A DNA stretch of 64,000 nt from Rhizobacter sp. (GTDB lineage: Bacteria > Pseudomonadota > Gammaproteobacteria > Burkholderiales > Burkholderiaceae_C), in NCBI GenBank assembly GCA_021153565.1, contig JAJKJU010000176.1:1128-65127 (forward strand), read 5' to 3'. This document shows, in pieces, positions 44,401 through 55,000 of the stretch. The position numbers were made by a program, and so were the translations under genes. Positions within the stretch are counted from its first letter, which is position 1, and the number at the start of each line of letters is the position of its first letter. The notes under the pieces were generated by a model. The model made no database searches. It was not told where the DNA came from and saw nothing but the letters and a program-made list of their open reading frames with translations.

Positions 44401-47400
44401 GCTGCCGGCCTTGCCGCTCACCTCGAACGGCAAGATCGACCGCGCGGCCTTGCCCGCGCCGGACCTGCAGGCGCTCGCGCGCAGCGAGCACGTGGCGCCG
44501 CGCAGCGACACCGAACGCCGGCTGCAGCAGGCCTGGGCCGCGCTGCTCGGACTGGACGCGCAGCAGATCGGCATCGGCGACAACTTCTTCGCGCTGGGAG
44601 GGCACTCCCTGCTCGTGCCCCGGCTGGCCGCGCGGCTGGCGCAACAGGGGCTGGCCTGCGAGTTGCGCGCGCTGTTCGACGCCCCGACGCTGGCCGACAT
44701 GGCCGCCGCCATCGAGCGCGGCGGCGCGCAGCAGGCGCAGGCCGTGCCGCCGAGCGCGATCCCCGCGGACTGCGAACGCATCACCCCGGCCATGCTGCCG
44801 CTGCTGGCGCTGTCGCAGGAGGAGATCGACCGCATCGTGGCCGCCATTCCCGGCCGCGCCCCCAACGTGCAGGACATCTACCCGCTGGCTGCCTTGCAGG
44901 AGGGCATGCTCTTCCACCACCTGAAGGACCACAGCCGAGACCCCTACGTGCTCAGCGGACTGTTCTCCTTCGCGGACCGTGCGTGCCTGGAGCGCTTTGC
45001 CCAGGCGCTGCAGTCTGTGATCGACCGGCACGAGGTGCTGCGCACCGCGGTGGTCAGTGCCGGCCTCGCGCAGCCGGTGCAGGTGGTGTGCCGGCAGGCG
45101 CGGCTGAAGGTCGATGCCTTGGCCGTCGCGCCCGGCGAGCGTGCCGAGGACGCGGCACGGGCGCGGCTGGCGGGCTCGCAGGCGATGCCGCTGGAGCAGG
45201 CCCCGCTGATGCGCCTGAAGGTGGCCGAGGACCGCGACAGCGGCACCTGCTACGCCATCTTCAACATGCACCACCTGATCGACGACGCGACCTCGCTGGG
45301 CCTGCTGTTCCACGAACTGGTGGCACACCTGGCGGGCCGGCAGGGCGGGCTGCCGCCGTCCGCGCCGTACCGCGAGTTCATTGCGCGCGCGCAGTCGCAG
45401 CAGGAGGATCCGCGTGCCTTCTTCCGCACAGCGCTGGGCGACGTCGAGGAGCCGACCATCGCCTTCAACCTGCACGACGTGCATGGCGACGGCCGGCGCG
45501 TGCTGGACCTGCGCCGCGAGGTGGACGGTGCCCTGGGCCGGCAGATCCGTGCTTCGGCTCGCCGCCTGCAGGTCAGCCCGGCAGCGCTGTTCCATGCAGG
45601 ATGGGCCCTGGTGGCGGCCGCCTGCAGCCAGCGCGACGACGTGGTGTTCGGCACGGTGCTGTCCGGGCGGCTGCAGGGCACGCCGGGCATCGAGCGGATG
45701 CTGGGCAACTTCATCAACACCCTGCCGGTGCGCGTCCGGCTGAAAGGCTGCAGCGTTCGCGAGCTGGTGATGGACACCGCGCGCTCGCTGCGCGAACTGA
45801 TCCGCTTCGAGCAGGCGCCGCTGTCGCTGGCACAGGATTGCAGCGGCGTGGCCCATGGCGTGCCGCTGTTCAACACCATCCTGAACTACCGCCATCTCGA
45901 ACGCCATGAGCGCATCGACGAGGCGGACCTGGCCGCCTTCGGCATCCGCTCGCTGACCGGCATCCTCGAGCGCAGCAACTATCCGCTGGCGGTGTCGGTG
46001 GACGACCTGGGCGATGCCTTCTCGATCGATGCACAGGTCGAGCAGTCGCAGGATGCGGGGCTGGTGATCGACTACGTGCTGCATGCGATGGCCGGCCTGG
46101 TGGCCGCGCTGGAAGACGAGCAGGCCAGCGCCCGGCCGGCCACGGAAATCGAGGTATTGCCGCCGGCGCTGCGCGAGCAGGTGCTGCTCGGCTGGAACCG
46201 GGCGAGCGACCATGCCGGCCCCCATGGCCTGCACGAGTTGTTCGAGCGCCGGGTCGCGCGCGACCCGCAGGCGGTGGCGGTGGTGTGCGAATCGCGGCAG
46301 CTGAGCTATGGCGAACTCAACGCGCAGGCCAACCGCCTGGCGCGCTACCTCGCCTCGGTGGGCGTGGGGCCGGAGTCCCGCGTGGGGCTTTGCGCGCCGC
46401 GCAGCGAGCGGCTGCTGGTGGGCCTGCTGGCCATCCTCAAGGCAGGCGGCGCGTATGTGCCGATGGATCCGGACTATCCCGTCGAGCGGCTGAACCACCT
46501 GCTGGAAGACAGCGCTCCGCTGCTGATGCTCACCGACGGGCCGCTGGCCGAAGGGCTGGACGCGGGCGAAGTGCCGTGCCTGGACCTCTCGGCCGATGCG
46601 AGTCGCTGGGCCGGCCTGCCGGCCGGCAACCTCTCGTCCATGGAAACGGGCCTGAAGCCGCACCACCTGGCCTACATCGTCTACACCTCCGGCTCCACCG
46701 GAAAGCCCAAGGGCGTGATGGTGGAGCACTGCAACGTGACGCGGCTGTTCTCCGCCACCGACGCCTGGTTCCATCTCGGCCCGCAGGACGTGTGGACGCT
46801 GTTCCACTCGGTCGCCTTCGACTTCTCGGTCTGGGAGATCTGGGGCGCCTGGCTGCACGGCGGCCGGCTGGTCGTGGTGCCGCAGGCGGTGGCGCGCAAC
46901 CCGCGCGCGTTCTTCGACCTGCTGTGCCGCGAGGGCGTGACGGTGCTGAACCAGACGCCCAGTGCGTTCCGCCAACTCTCGGCGGTGCAGCACGAGCAGG
47001 GGCCCGCGCATCGCCTGCGCGTGGTGGTGTTCGGCGGCGAGGCGCTGGAGCTGGCCAGCCTCAAGCCCTGGGTCGAGCGCGAGGCCAATCGCGCGACGCA
47101 GCTGGTCAACATGTACGGCATCACCGAGACGACGGTGCACGTGACCTACCGCCCGATCACGCTGGAGGACATCGAGCGCGGAGGCCCCAGCCCGATCGGC
47201 CGCCGCATCCCCGACCTGCGCCTGTACCTGCTCGATGCCCAGCGGCAACCGGTGCCGCTGGGCGCGGTCGGCGAACTCTACGTGGGCGGTGCGGGTGTCG
47301 CCCGCGGCTACCTGAACCGGCCGGAGCTGAGCGCGCAGCGCTTCCTGGCGGACCCGTTCTGCGGCGTGCCGGGCGAGCGGATGTACCGCTCCGGCGACCT

Positions 47401-49033
47401 GGGGCGCCAGCTCGCAGACGGCGCCATCGAGTACCTGGGGCGCAACGACCAGCAGGTGAAGATCCGCGGCTTCCGCATCGAGTTGGGCGAGATCGAGGCG
47501 CGCCTGGCCGAGCATCCGGCGCTGGACGATGCGCGCGTGGTTGCGCGCGACCATGGCGAGCAGGACAAGCGGCTCGTCGCGTACCTCGTGCCCGGCATGG
47601 AGCAGGCCGGCACCGTGCGGCGGCTGGCGCGGCTGCGGCGCACCGAGCCGCAGGCGATGGCACGGCTGTACCACCTGCCCGGCGGGCTGCCGGTGTTCCA
47701 CCAGAACAAGAGCGAGACGGACTTCGTCTACGACGAGATCTTCACGCACCTGGACTACCTGAAGCACGGCGTGACGCTTCCCGACGGTGCCTGCGTGTTC
47801 GACGCCGGCGCCAACATCGGCCTGTTCTCCCTGTTCGTGCACCAGCGCTGCCACGATGCCACCATCCATGCCTTCGAGCCGATTCCCCCGGTGTTCGACA
47901 CCTTGCGCCTGAACAGCGAACTGCACGGCTGGAAGGGCCGGCTGCACGCCTGCGGCCTGGCCGCGCAGGCGGGCGAGGAGGTCTTCACCTTCTATCGCCA
48001 CAACACGGTGATTTCCAGCAGCATGACCACCGCGCAGCAGGCGCACGAGGTGGTGAAGTCCTTCCTGATGAACCGGCAGGCCGCCGGCGGTGGAGAGGGC
48101 AGCGCAACCGCGCCTGCGGCAGTCAGCGAGACCGACGTCGAGCGGCTGGTCGATGCCCGGCTGGACAGCGAGCAGTTCCGCTGCGCGCTGCGTCCGCTGT
48201 CCGATGTCATCGCCGAGAGCGGCGTCACGCGGATCGACCTGCTGAAGGTCGACGTGGAGAACGCCGAGCTTCAGGTGCTGCAGGGCATCCGCGAGCACGA
48301 CTGGCCCAAGATCCGGCAGCTGGTCGTCGAAGTGCACGACGTGGATGGACGGCTCGCGCTCATCGAGGGCATGCTGGCCTCGCGCGGCTTCCGCGTGTGC
48401 CATGGGCAGGACAACCGGCTGCTGCGCGACACGCGGCTGTACAACCTCTATGCGGTGCGCGAGCCGGCCGGGGCGGCAGCGCCCGTTGTCGTTGCGCAGT
48501 CCTCGGCGGCGTGGCTGTCGGAGGCAGCGCTGCTGGAGGACGTGCAGGCTCGCCTGCGGGCGGGCCTGCCGGCCCACATGGTGCCGGGGGCCTATGTGCT
48601 GCTGGACGAACTACCGCTGACCGGCAACGGCAAGCTCGACCTGCGTGCGCTGCCGGCGCCCGGGACGCAGGCCGGGTGCGCGCCGGATCGCCGCGCACCC
48701 GCCACCGAGCTGGAGCGCATGCTGCAGGAGATCTGGTCCGATCTGCTGGAGCTGGAGCCGTCCCGCCTCAGCGCGGACAGCAACTTCTTCGCCTGCGGCG
48801 GCCACTCCTTGCTCGTCACCCGGTTGGTGAACCGCATCGCGCAGCGCACCGGCGTCGATCTGCCGATCCAGTGCGCGTTCGAGCTGCCCACGCTCGAACA
48901 GATGGCCACCGAGTTGGAGCGCCTGTCGCAATCGGTGCCGGCGGCCATCGCCGACAACGTCGACGCCGTCCTCGCCAGCCTGGCGCTGGTCGAGAACATG
49001 TCCGAGGACGAACTGGACTCTTTGCGGATCTGA
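41459..49033 (+). CDS. bimodular NRPS: C-A(Ser)-PCP-C-A(Thr, interrupted by FkbM-like methyltransferase)-PCP
   Basis: ATG 41459 overlaps the upstream TGA (ATGA), with GAAGGA 8 nt upstream. The track start at 41159 is an open upstream extension. HHLVFDGAS (His 41942-41947). YTSGSTGQPKG. PCP GGHS Ser 44606-44608. HHLIDDATS (45269-45274). YTSGSTGKPKG. PCP GGHS Ser 48806-48808. Confidence 0.92.
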   Translation: MNKNENEILAGFKQGRYSAEKVLEFYRTRAAAEPQRLPLSEGQKGLWLLHQLDPQSDIYNVPVCLRVKGPLRADVLRRAVEHVLAMHPQLTSRVQEHDGEPWLVQRGGQAEFVHQPLELPSGQLPAFLKAEARRPFDLGAVLHRVRLFAVAPDEHVLLLVFHHLVFDGASAPVLLRDLMASHEALAEGRPLPSVVDRANDFPAWESDFLASEEGERCRGHWRRVLGGAQALPVLTLDIERAAPGARPQGATWCSLLDGDAKAAAGRFCQAQGVQPAVFFLAVYQLLLQRYSGLSDIIVGVPSMGRPDLDWADSVGYFVNMMPVRQVVDGQKDFASHLRELKLAMADAMDHAAYPFPCMVKDLNLPSGSSSASPVFQVAYTFQNKNMMYLAADGQARPALGQAVEFIDEVSQEGEFKLLLEVCEHPDRFQLCFKYDAQRFSADDIERLAGHYRVLMEGLLAAPARPVGSQAMVSEAQRRELLALSAGPVRAYSGHACLHQLFERMVQRHGERPALVDGEGRLSYAELNQRANQLAHRLRRHGVGPDTVVGLFMERSLEMVVGLLGIVKAGGAYLPLEPGYPEARIAYMLQNSGARLVLCQPKAAAGRWADAVQRLDVDLGAQGAPASDFFATEPDADIAPRDIGLDSRHLAYVIYTSGSTGQPKGVMIEHRAAVNRIEWMQDEYRLDGSDVVLQKTPFSFDVSVWEFFWPLLAGARLVMAPPGVHRDPGRLLALIREAGVTTLHFVPPMLELAVAEPGWSACTTLRRIFCSGEALPPELPQRHHALNPAPLYNLYGPTEAAIDVSHWPCPRDHAGGVVPIGKPIQNIQLYVLDDQRQLQPPGCAGQLYIAGDGLARGYLNRPELSALHFIDNPFGGARSRMYGTGDLVRWLPDGQLEFLGRIDGQVKIRGHRVELGEIEAALAQHPDVRACVVLARRDAGGQQLAAYVVLAEGAQPQGCQARLAQHLSGLLPDTMVPSAFVVLPALPLTSNGKIDRAALPAPDLQALARSEHVAPRSDTERRLQQAWAALLGLDAQQIGIGDNFFALGGHSLLVPRLAARLAQQGLACELRALFDAPTLADMAAAIERGGAQQAQAVPPSAIPADCERITPAMLPLLALSQEEIDRIVAAIPGRAPNVQDIYPLAALQEGMLFHHLKDHSRDPYVLSGLFSFADRACLERFAQALQSVIDRHEVLRTAVVSAGLAQPVQVVCRQARLKVDALAVAPGERAEDAARARLAGSQAMPLEQAPLMRLKVAEDRDSGTCYAIFNMHHLIDDATSLGLLFHELVAHLAGRQGGLPPSAPYREFIARAQSQQEDPRAFFRTALGDVEEPTIAFNLHDVHGDGRRVLDLRREVDGALGRQIRASARRLQVSPAALFHAGWALVAAACSQRDDVVFGTVLSGRLQGTPGIERMLGNFINTLPVRVRLKGCSVRELVMDTARSLRELIRFEQAPLSLAQDCSGVAHGVPLFNTILNYRHLERHERIDEADLAAFGIRSLTGILERSNYPLAVSVDDLGDAFSIDAQVEQSQDAGLVIDYVLHAMAGLVAALEDEQASARPATEIEVLPPALREQVLLGWNRASDHAGPHGLHELFERRVARDPQAVAVVCESRQLSYGELNAQANRLARYLASVGVGPESRVGLCAPRSERLLVGLLAILKAGGAYVPMDPDYPVERLNHLLEDSAPLLMLTDGPLAEGLDAGEVPCLDLSADASRWAGLPAGNLSSMETGLKPHHLAYIVYTSGSTGKPKGVMVEHCNVTRLFSATDAWFHLGPQDVWTLFHSVAFDFSVWEIWGAWLHGGRLVVVPQAVARNPRAFFDLLCREGVTVLNQTPSAFRQLSAVQHEQGPAHRLRVVVFGGEALELASLKPWVEREANRATQLVNMYGITETTVHVTYRPITLEDIERGGPSPIGRRIPDLRLYLLDAQRQPVPLGAVGELYVGGAGVARGYLNRPELSAQRFLADPFCGVPGERMYRSGDLGRQLADGAIEYLGRNDQQVKIRGFRIELGEIEARLAEHPALDDARVVARDHGEQDKRLVAYLVPGMEQAGTVRRLARLRRTEPQAMARLYHLPGGLPVFHQNKSETDFVYDEIFTHLDYLKHGVTLPDGACVFDAGANIGLFSLFVHQRCHDATIHAFEPIPPVFDTLRLNSELHGWKGRLHACGLAAQAGEEVFTFYRHNTVISSSMTTAQQAHEVVKSFLMNRQAAGGGEGSATAPAAVSETDVERLVDARLDSEQFRCALRPLSDVIAESGVTRIDLLKVDVENAELQVLQGIREHDWPKIRQLVVEVHDVDGRLALIEGMLASRGFRVCHGQDNRLLRDTRLYNLYAVREPAGAAAPVVVAQSSAAWLSEAALLEDVQARLRAGLPAHMVPGAYVLLDELPLTGNGKLDLRALPAPGTQAGCAPDRRAPATELERMLQEIWSDLLELEPSRLSADSNFFACGGHSLLVTRLVNRIAQRTGVDLPIQCAFELPTLEQMATELERLSQSVPAAIADNVDAVLASLALVENMSEDELDSLRI
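42943..44462 (+). other. adenylation domain, hand-extracted code D-V-W-H-F-S-L-I-D (Ser-type, EntF-like)
   Basis: Read from FDVSVWEFFWPL, TTLHFVPPML, IFCSGEAL and NLYGPTEAAIDVS. Confidence 0.7.
46225..48662 (+). other. adenylation domain, code D-F-W-N-V-G-M-V-H (Thr-type), interrupted between the A8 region and A10
   Basis: Read from FDFSVWEIW, TVLNQTPSAF, VVFGGEAL and NMYGITETTVHVT. The A10 motif LTGNGKLD reappears only at ~48620, after an insert of roughly 310 aa. Confidence 0.75.
47600..48540 (+). other. FkbM-family-like methyltransferase domain inserted in the Thr adenylation domain
   Basis: ACVFDAGANIGLFSLF (~47797-47830) matches the FkbM-type D-x-G-A-N-x-G motif. IDLLKVDVENAELQVLQG lies downstream. 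The insert sits between KRLVAYLVPG and LPAHMVPGAYVLLDELP. Confidence 0.7.
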
Positions 49034-49046
49034 CCCGGGGAAGAAC

Positions 49047-52000
49047 ATGAACATGAACATGACACAACAAGACATCCAGGCGGTGCTGGCACGCATCCGG
49101 TCGCTGCCGCCCAAACAACAACAGGCGCTGGTTCGCATGCTCAAGCAGCAGGGCGTCGACATTTCCTCGGCGCAGGCGATAGGCCGGCGGCCGGCATCGC
49201 AGGAACCGGCGCCGCTGTCGTTCGCGCAGCAACGGCTGTGGTTCCTGGCGCAGTTGGAAGGCCACAGCGCCCACTACAACATCCCGATGGCGCTGAGGCT
49301 GGCCGGCCGGCTCGACCGGCCGGCGCTGGTGCACGCGTTGTCGGCCATCGTCGAGCGCCACGAAGCGCTGCGCCCCCGCTTCGTGGAGGTGGACGGCGTG
49401 CCGTACCAGCGCACCGAGCCGGCGGTGAACTTCGCCGTGCAGGAGGAAACCCTGCCCGAAGGCACCGACCTGCGTGCCCTCTGCGAGGACGAGGCCTTGC
49501 GGCCCTTCGACCTCGGCGCCGGCAGCCTGGTGCGCATGCGCCTCGTCGCCTGCGGGCCCGAGGAGCACGTGCTGCTGGTGACGATGCACCACAGCGTGTC
49601 CGACGGCTGGTCGCTGGGCGTGTTCTTCCGTGAGCTGGTGAGCCTGTACGGTGCCTTCTCGCGCGGCGAGCCTTCGCCGCTGCAGCCCTTGCCGATCCAG
49701 TACGCCGACTATGCGCACTGGCAGCGCGAGTGGTTGTCCGGGCAGGTGCAGGAGCGACAGATCGAATACTGGAAGCAGAAGCTCGCCGGCGTCGACCCGC
49801 AGCTGATGCTGCCCACCGACCGGCCGCGCCCGCCGGTGAAGACCTACACCGGCGCCCATGAACCGCTGCAGTGCAGCGCTGCGCTGCTGGAGGGCCTGAA
49901 GGCGCTGGGCCGCGCGCACGAGAGCACGCTGTACATGACGCTGCTGTCGGTGTGGGCCGTGCTGCTGCACCGCTACAGCCGCCAGACCGACATCGCGATC
50001 GGCACGCCGCTGGCCAACCGCAACCGGCCCGAGGTGGAGAACCTCATCGGCTTCTTCGTGAACACGCAGGTGATGCGCGCCGACCTGGACGGCCAGCCGA
50101 GCTTCGCGCAGCTGCTGGCCCGCATGAAGCGCACGGCGCTGGAAGCCTACGGCCACCAGGACGTTCCCTTCGAGGCGGTGGTCGATGCCTTGCAGCTGGA
50201 GCGCAGCCTCAGCCATTCGCCGGTGTTCCATGTGATGTTCGCGCTGCAGGAGGCGCAGGCCGAGCGCAGCCATCGGCTGGCCGACCTCGAGGTGTCCTTC
50301 GTCGACTTCGACTACAAGATCACCAAGTTCGACCTCACGCTGGATTTGCGCGAAACGCCCGACGGACTCGCCGGCAGCATCGAATACAACTGCGACCTGT
50401 TCGACCGCGCCACTGTCCAGCGCATGATCCGCCACTACGTTGCGCTGCTGGAGGCGGTGGTGGCCGAGCCGCAGGCGCCGGTCTCGCGGCTGGTCTGGCT
50501 GGGCCCGCAGGAGCGCGAGCAGGTGGTGCGCACCTGGAACCCCTGCGCGGACCATGCGCCGGCGCAAGGCATGCACGAACTCTTCGAGGCGCAGGTCGCG
50601 CGCACGCCGGATGCCGTGGCGGTGAGTTGCGACGGCGCGCAGCTGAGCTATGCCGAGCTGAACCGACGCGCCAATCGCGTGGCCCATGCGTTGCGCGGGC
50701 TCGGCGTGAAGCCCGACACGCTGGTGGCGCTGTGCGTGGAGCGCTCGCTCGAGATGGTGGTGGGCCTGCTGGGCATCGTGAAGGCGGGCGGCGCCTACGT
50801 GCCGGTCGATCCGGCTTATCCGGCGCAGCGCATCCGCTACATCCTGGAGGACTCGGGCGCCGGCCTGCTGCTCACGCAGGCCGCGCTGGCGCCCCGGTTG
50901 CCCCTGGCCACGCAGCGCGTGGTGCTGCTGGACGGGACGGGGCAGGGCGGCGAGGACCTGCTGGCCGGCCAGCCGGAGACCGACATCCCGGTGGCCGAGA
51001 GCGGCCTGCGGCCCTCGAACCTGCTCTACGTCATCTACACGTCCGGCTCCACCGGCCACCCCAAGGGCGTGCTGGTGCAGCACGACAACGTGGCGCGCCT
51101 GTTCCATGCCACCGAGGCGACGTTCCGCTTCGGCGCCTCGGACACCTGGACGCTGTTCCACTCCTTCTCGTTCGACTTCTCGGTGTGGGAGCTGTGGGGC
51201 GCGCTGCTGCATGGCGGCCGGCTGGTGGTGGTGCCCAAGACGGTGGCGCAGTCGCCGTCGGAGTTCTACCGCCTGCTGGTCGACGAGAGTGTCACGGTGC
51301 TGAACCAGACGCCCTCGGCCTTCGAGCAACTGGTGGCCGTCGACCAGGCCGAGCGGGGCCGGCTGAGCCTGCGCACCGTGGTGTTCGGCGGCGAGGCGCT
51401 CAACCCGGCCATCCTTGCGCCGTGGTTCGAGCGCCATGGCGAGTCGATCGACATGGTGAACATGTCCGGCATCACCGAGACCACGGTGCACGTGACCTGC
51501 AAGCTGCTGTCGGCCGGCGACGCGGCCGGCCAGCGCAGCATCGTCGGCCGCAAGCTGCCCGACCTGCGCCTGTACGTGCTGGCCGAGCACATGGAGCCGC
51601 TGCCCGTGGGCGTGACGGGCGAGATGTACGTGGGCGGCGCCGGCGTCGCCCGCGGCTACCTGAACCGCCCCGAGCTGACGGCGCAGCGCTTCGTTGACGA
51701 CCCCTTCGCCGCGCAGCCGGGCGAGCGGCTGTACCGCACCGGCGACCTGGCGCGTTGGCTGCCCGACGGCAACCTGGAGTTCATCGGCCGCGCGGACCAC
51801 CAGGTGAAGATCCGCGGTTTCCGCATCGAGACCGGCGAGATCGAGTCCCAGCTGGCACAGAGCCCGCAGGTGCAGTCCTGCGTCGTGCTGGTGCGCGAGG
51901 ACCGTCCCGGGCAGAAGCAGCTGGTGGCCTACGTCGTGCCCAGGGAGCCGCTGCAGGACGACCTGCACCAGGCGCTCGGCCGCCACCTGCGCGAGCGGCT

Positions 52001-55000
52001 GCCCGACTACATGGTGCCGACCGCTTTCGTCGTGATGCAGGCCTTCCCGCTCACGTCCAACGGCAAGCTGGACCGCAGCGCCCTGCCGGCGCCCGACAAG
52101 ACCGCGTACGCGGCCGACGAGTACGTGACTCCGGCCACCGAGGCCGAGCGGGTGCTGGCCACGTTGTGGGCCGAGCTGCTCGGCTTCGAGCCGGGCCGCA
52201 TCAGCGCGCGCGACAACTTCTTCGCACTCGGCGGCCATTCGCTGCTGATCACCGTGCTGGTCGCACGCCTGAAGGAGAAGGGCTACGACGCCACGGTGCG
52301 CAGCGTCTTCGGCAGCGACACGCTGGCGGATCTGGCGTCGCAGATCGAACAGGGCGCTTCGAGCGAGGCCTACGTGGTGCCGCCCCACCGCGTGCCCGCC
52401 GGCTGCGAGCGGCTCACGCCCGACATGCTGACGCTCGTCACGCTCGACCAGCGCGAGCTGGATGCCGTGGCGGGCACCGTGCCGGACGGCGCCGCCAACG
52501 TGCAGGACATCTATCCGCTGGTGCCCTCGCAGCAGGGCATCCTGTTCCACCACCTCATCGATCCGGACAACGACCCCTACATCATCCCGGTGCTGCTGGC
52601 CGCAGACGGCCCCGTTGCCTGCGACGCGTTCGTGAACGCGCTGCGACGGCTGCTGGCGCGCCATGACGTGATGCGCACCGCCGTCGTCACCAGCGGCCTG
52701 CTCGAGCCGGTGCAGGTGGTGTACCGGCAGGCCGAGCTGCCGATCGAGCATCTGGTGCTCGAGCCGGGCCGGGACGCGATGGCCCAGGCGCAGGCGCTGC
52801 TGGAGCGCCCGCGCAGGATGCCGCTCGACCGGGCGCCGCTGCTCCAGCTGACGATCGCGGCCGATCCCGCCTCGCAGCGGCGCTTCATCCTGCTGAACGT
52901 GCACCACCTCATCGAAGACGCCAGCTCGCTGCGCCTGATCTTTGCCGAGCTGCGCGCCTCGATGGCGGGGCGGCTCGAGCAGATCGGGCCCGTGCCGGTG
53001 CCGTACCGGGACTTCGTGGCCCACACGCTGCACCAGGTGCGCACCAACGACGCCGAAGGCTTCTTCCGCCGCCGGCTCGCCGAGGTGTCGGAGCCGACGA
53101 TTCCGTTCCGCCTGGCCAACGTGCACGGCGACGGCCGCACCATCCGCGACCTGCGGCGCTCGCTGCCGGCGGCGCTGGATGCGTCGATCCGCCGGCAGGC
53201 GCAGCGGCTGCGCATCAGCCCGGCCAGCCTCTTCCATGCCGCCTGGTCGCTGGTGGTGGCCGGCGCGAGCGGGCGCGACGATGTGGTGTTCGGCACCGTG
53301 CTGTCGGGCCGGCTGCAGGGCGTGCCCGGCGTGGAGCGCATGCTGGGCAACTTCATCAACACCCTGCCGCTGCGCGTCGTGCTGAAGGACCGGAGCGCCC
53401 TGCAGCTGGTGCTCGACACCGACGCCGCGCTGAAGGAACTGATCGAGTACGAGCAGAGCTCGCTGATCATGGCCCAGCGCTGCAGCGGCCTCGGCAGCGA
53501 CGTGCCGCTGTTCACCTCGATGATCAACGTGCGCCACTTCGAGGGCGGCGAGGGCGAGCCGCTGCAGGAGAGCGGGGTGCGGGTGCTCGGTTCGGTGGAC
53601 CGCACCAACTACCCGCTGGGCGTGTCGGTCGACGACCTGGGCACGGCGTTCTCGGTGAACGTGCAGGTCGACGAAGCCGTCTCCACCGAGACGGTGACGG
53701 GCAGCTTCCAGGCCGCGCTGCAAGGCCTGGCCGATGCCCTGCAGGAAGGGCGCGCCGAAGCCCTGCCGGCCTTGTCGATCGACGTCGTGCCGGCGGACGA
53801 GCGCCGGCGCCAGCTGGTCGACTGGAACCGCACCGACACGCCGTATCCCGCAGACCAGGTGCTGCCCGGGCTGTTCGATGAGCAGGTGCTGCGGTCGCCC
53901 GACGCGATCGCGCTGGTCTTCGGCACCCAGCAGCTGAGCTACGCGCAACTCAATGCGCGGGCCAACAAGGTCGCGCACTTCCTGCACGAGGCCGGCGTGC
54001 GGCCGGACACCGTGGTGGGCCTGTGCATGGAACGCTCGGTGGACATGGTGGCGGGGCTGCTCGGCATCCTCAAGGCTGGCGGCGCCTACTTGCCGATCGA
54101 CCCGGCCTACCCGCGCGAGCGCATCGCCGGCATGCTGCAGGATTCAGGCATCTCGCTGCTGCTCAGCCAGACACGGGTGGCGCTGACGCTGCCGGACTTC
54201 GACGGCGAGGTGATCCACCTCGACGCGGGCGTGCGCGCCAGCGACGGCGCCAAGGTGTTGGTGAACCAGCCCGGTCACGACCTGCCGCGCGAACACGTCG
54301 GGCTGCAGCCGCACCACCTGGCCTACGTGATCTTCACTTCCGGCTCCACCGGCCGGCCCAAGGGCGTGATGGTGGAGCAGCGCGGCGTGGTGCGGCTGGT
54401 GCGCAACCCGGACTACTGCCCGTCCGGCGCGCACACGGTCATGCTGCAGCATTCGTCGATCTCGTTCGACGTCGGCTCGCAGGAAGTGCTGGGGCCGCTG
54501 CTCAACGGCGGGCGCCTGGTGCTGCACCAAGGCGAGACCAAGGACATCGTGCAGCTGCTCGACCACGTCGAGCGCCACGAGGTGAACATGATGTGCCTGT
54601 CGGCCGCCTTCCTGCCGGCCTTCGTGCAGGAGGCGGCCCATCGCCGGCTGCCGCTGCAATGCCTGTGCGTGGGGGGCGAGGCCTTCTCCGCGCGCGACGT
54701 GCTGGCCCTGTACGAGCGCCATCCGGGCCTGTCGGTGGTCAATGGCTACGGGCCGACCGAGAACAGCATCGCCTCCACCTGCCACGTGATCCCGCAGGAC
54801 ATCGCGCCGGATGCGCCGATCCCCATCGGCCGCCCGATCGCCCAGTCGACCGCCTATGTGGTGAACCGCCGGATGCGCCTGCTGCCCTGCGGCGCGGTGG
54901 GCGAGCTGTGCGTGGGCGGCGTGGGCGTGGCGCGGGGCTATCTCGGGCATCCCGAGTTGACCCGCGAGCGCTTCGTGCCCTCGCCCTTCGAGGGCAGCGA

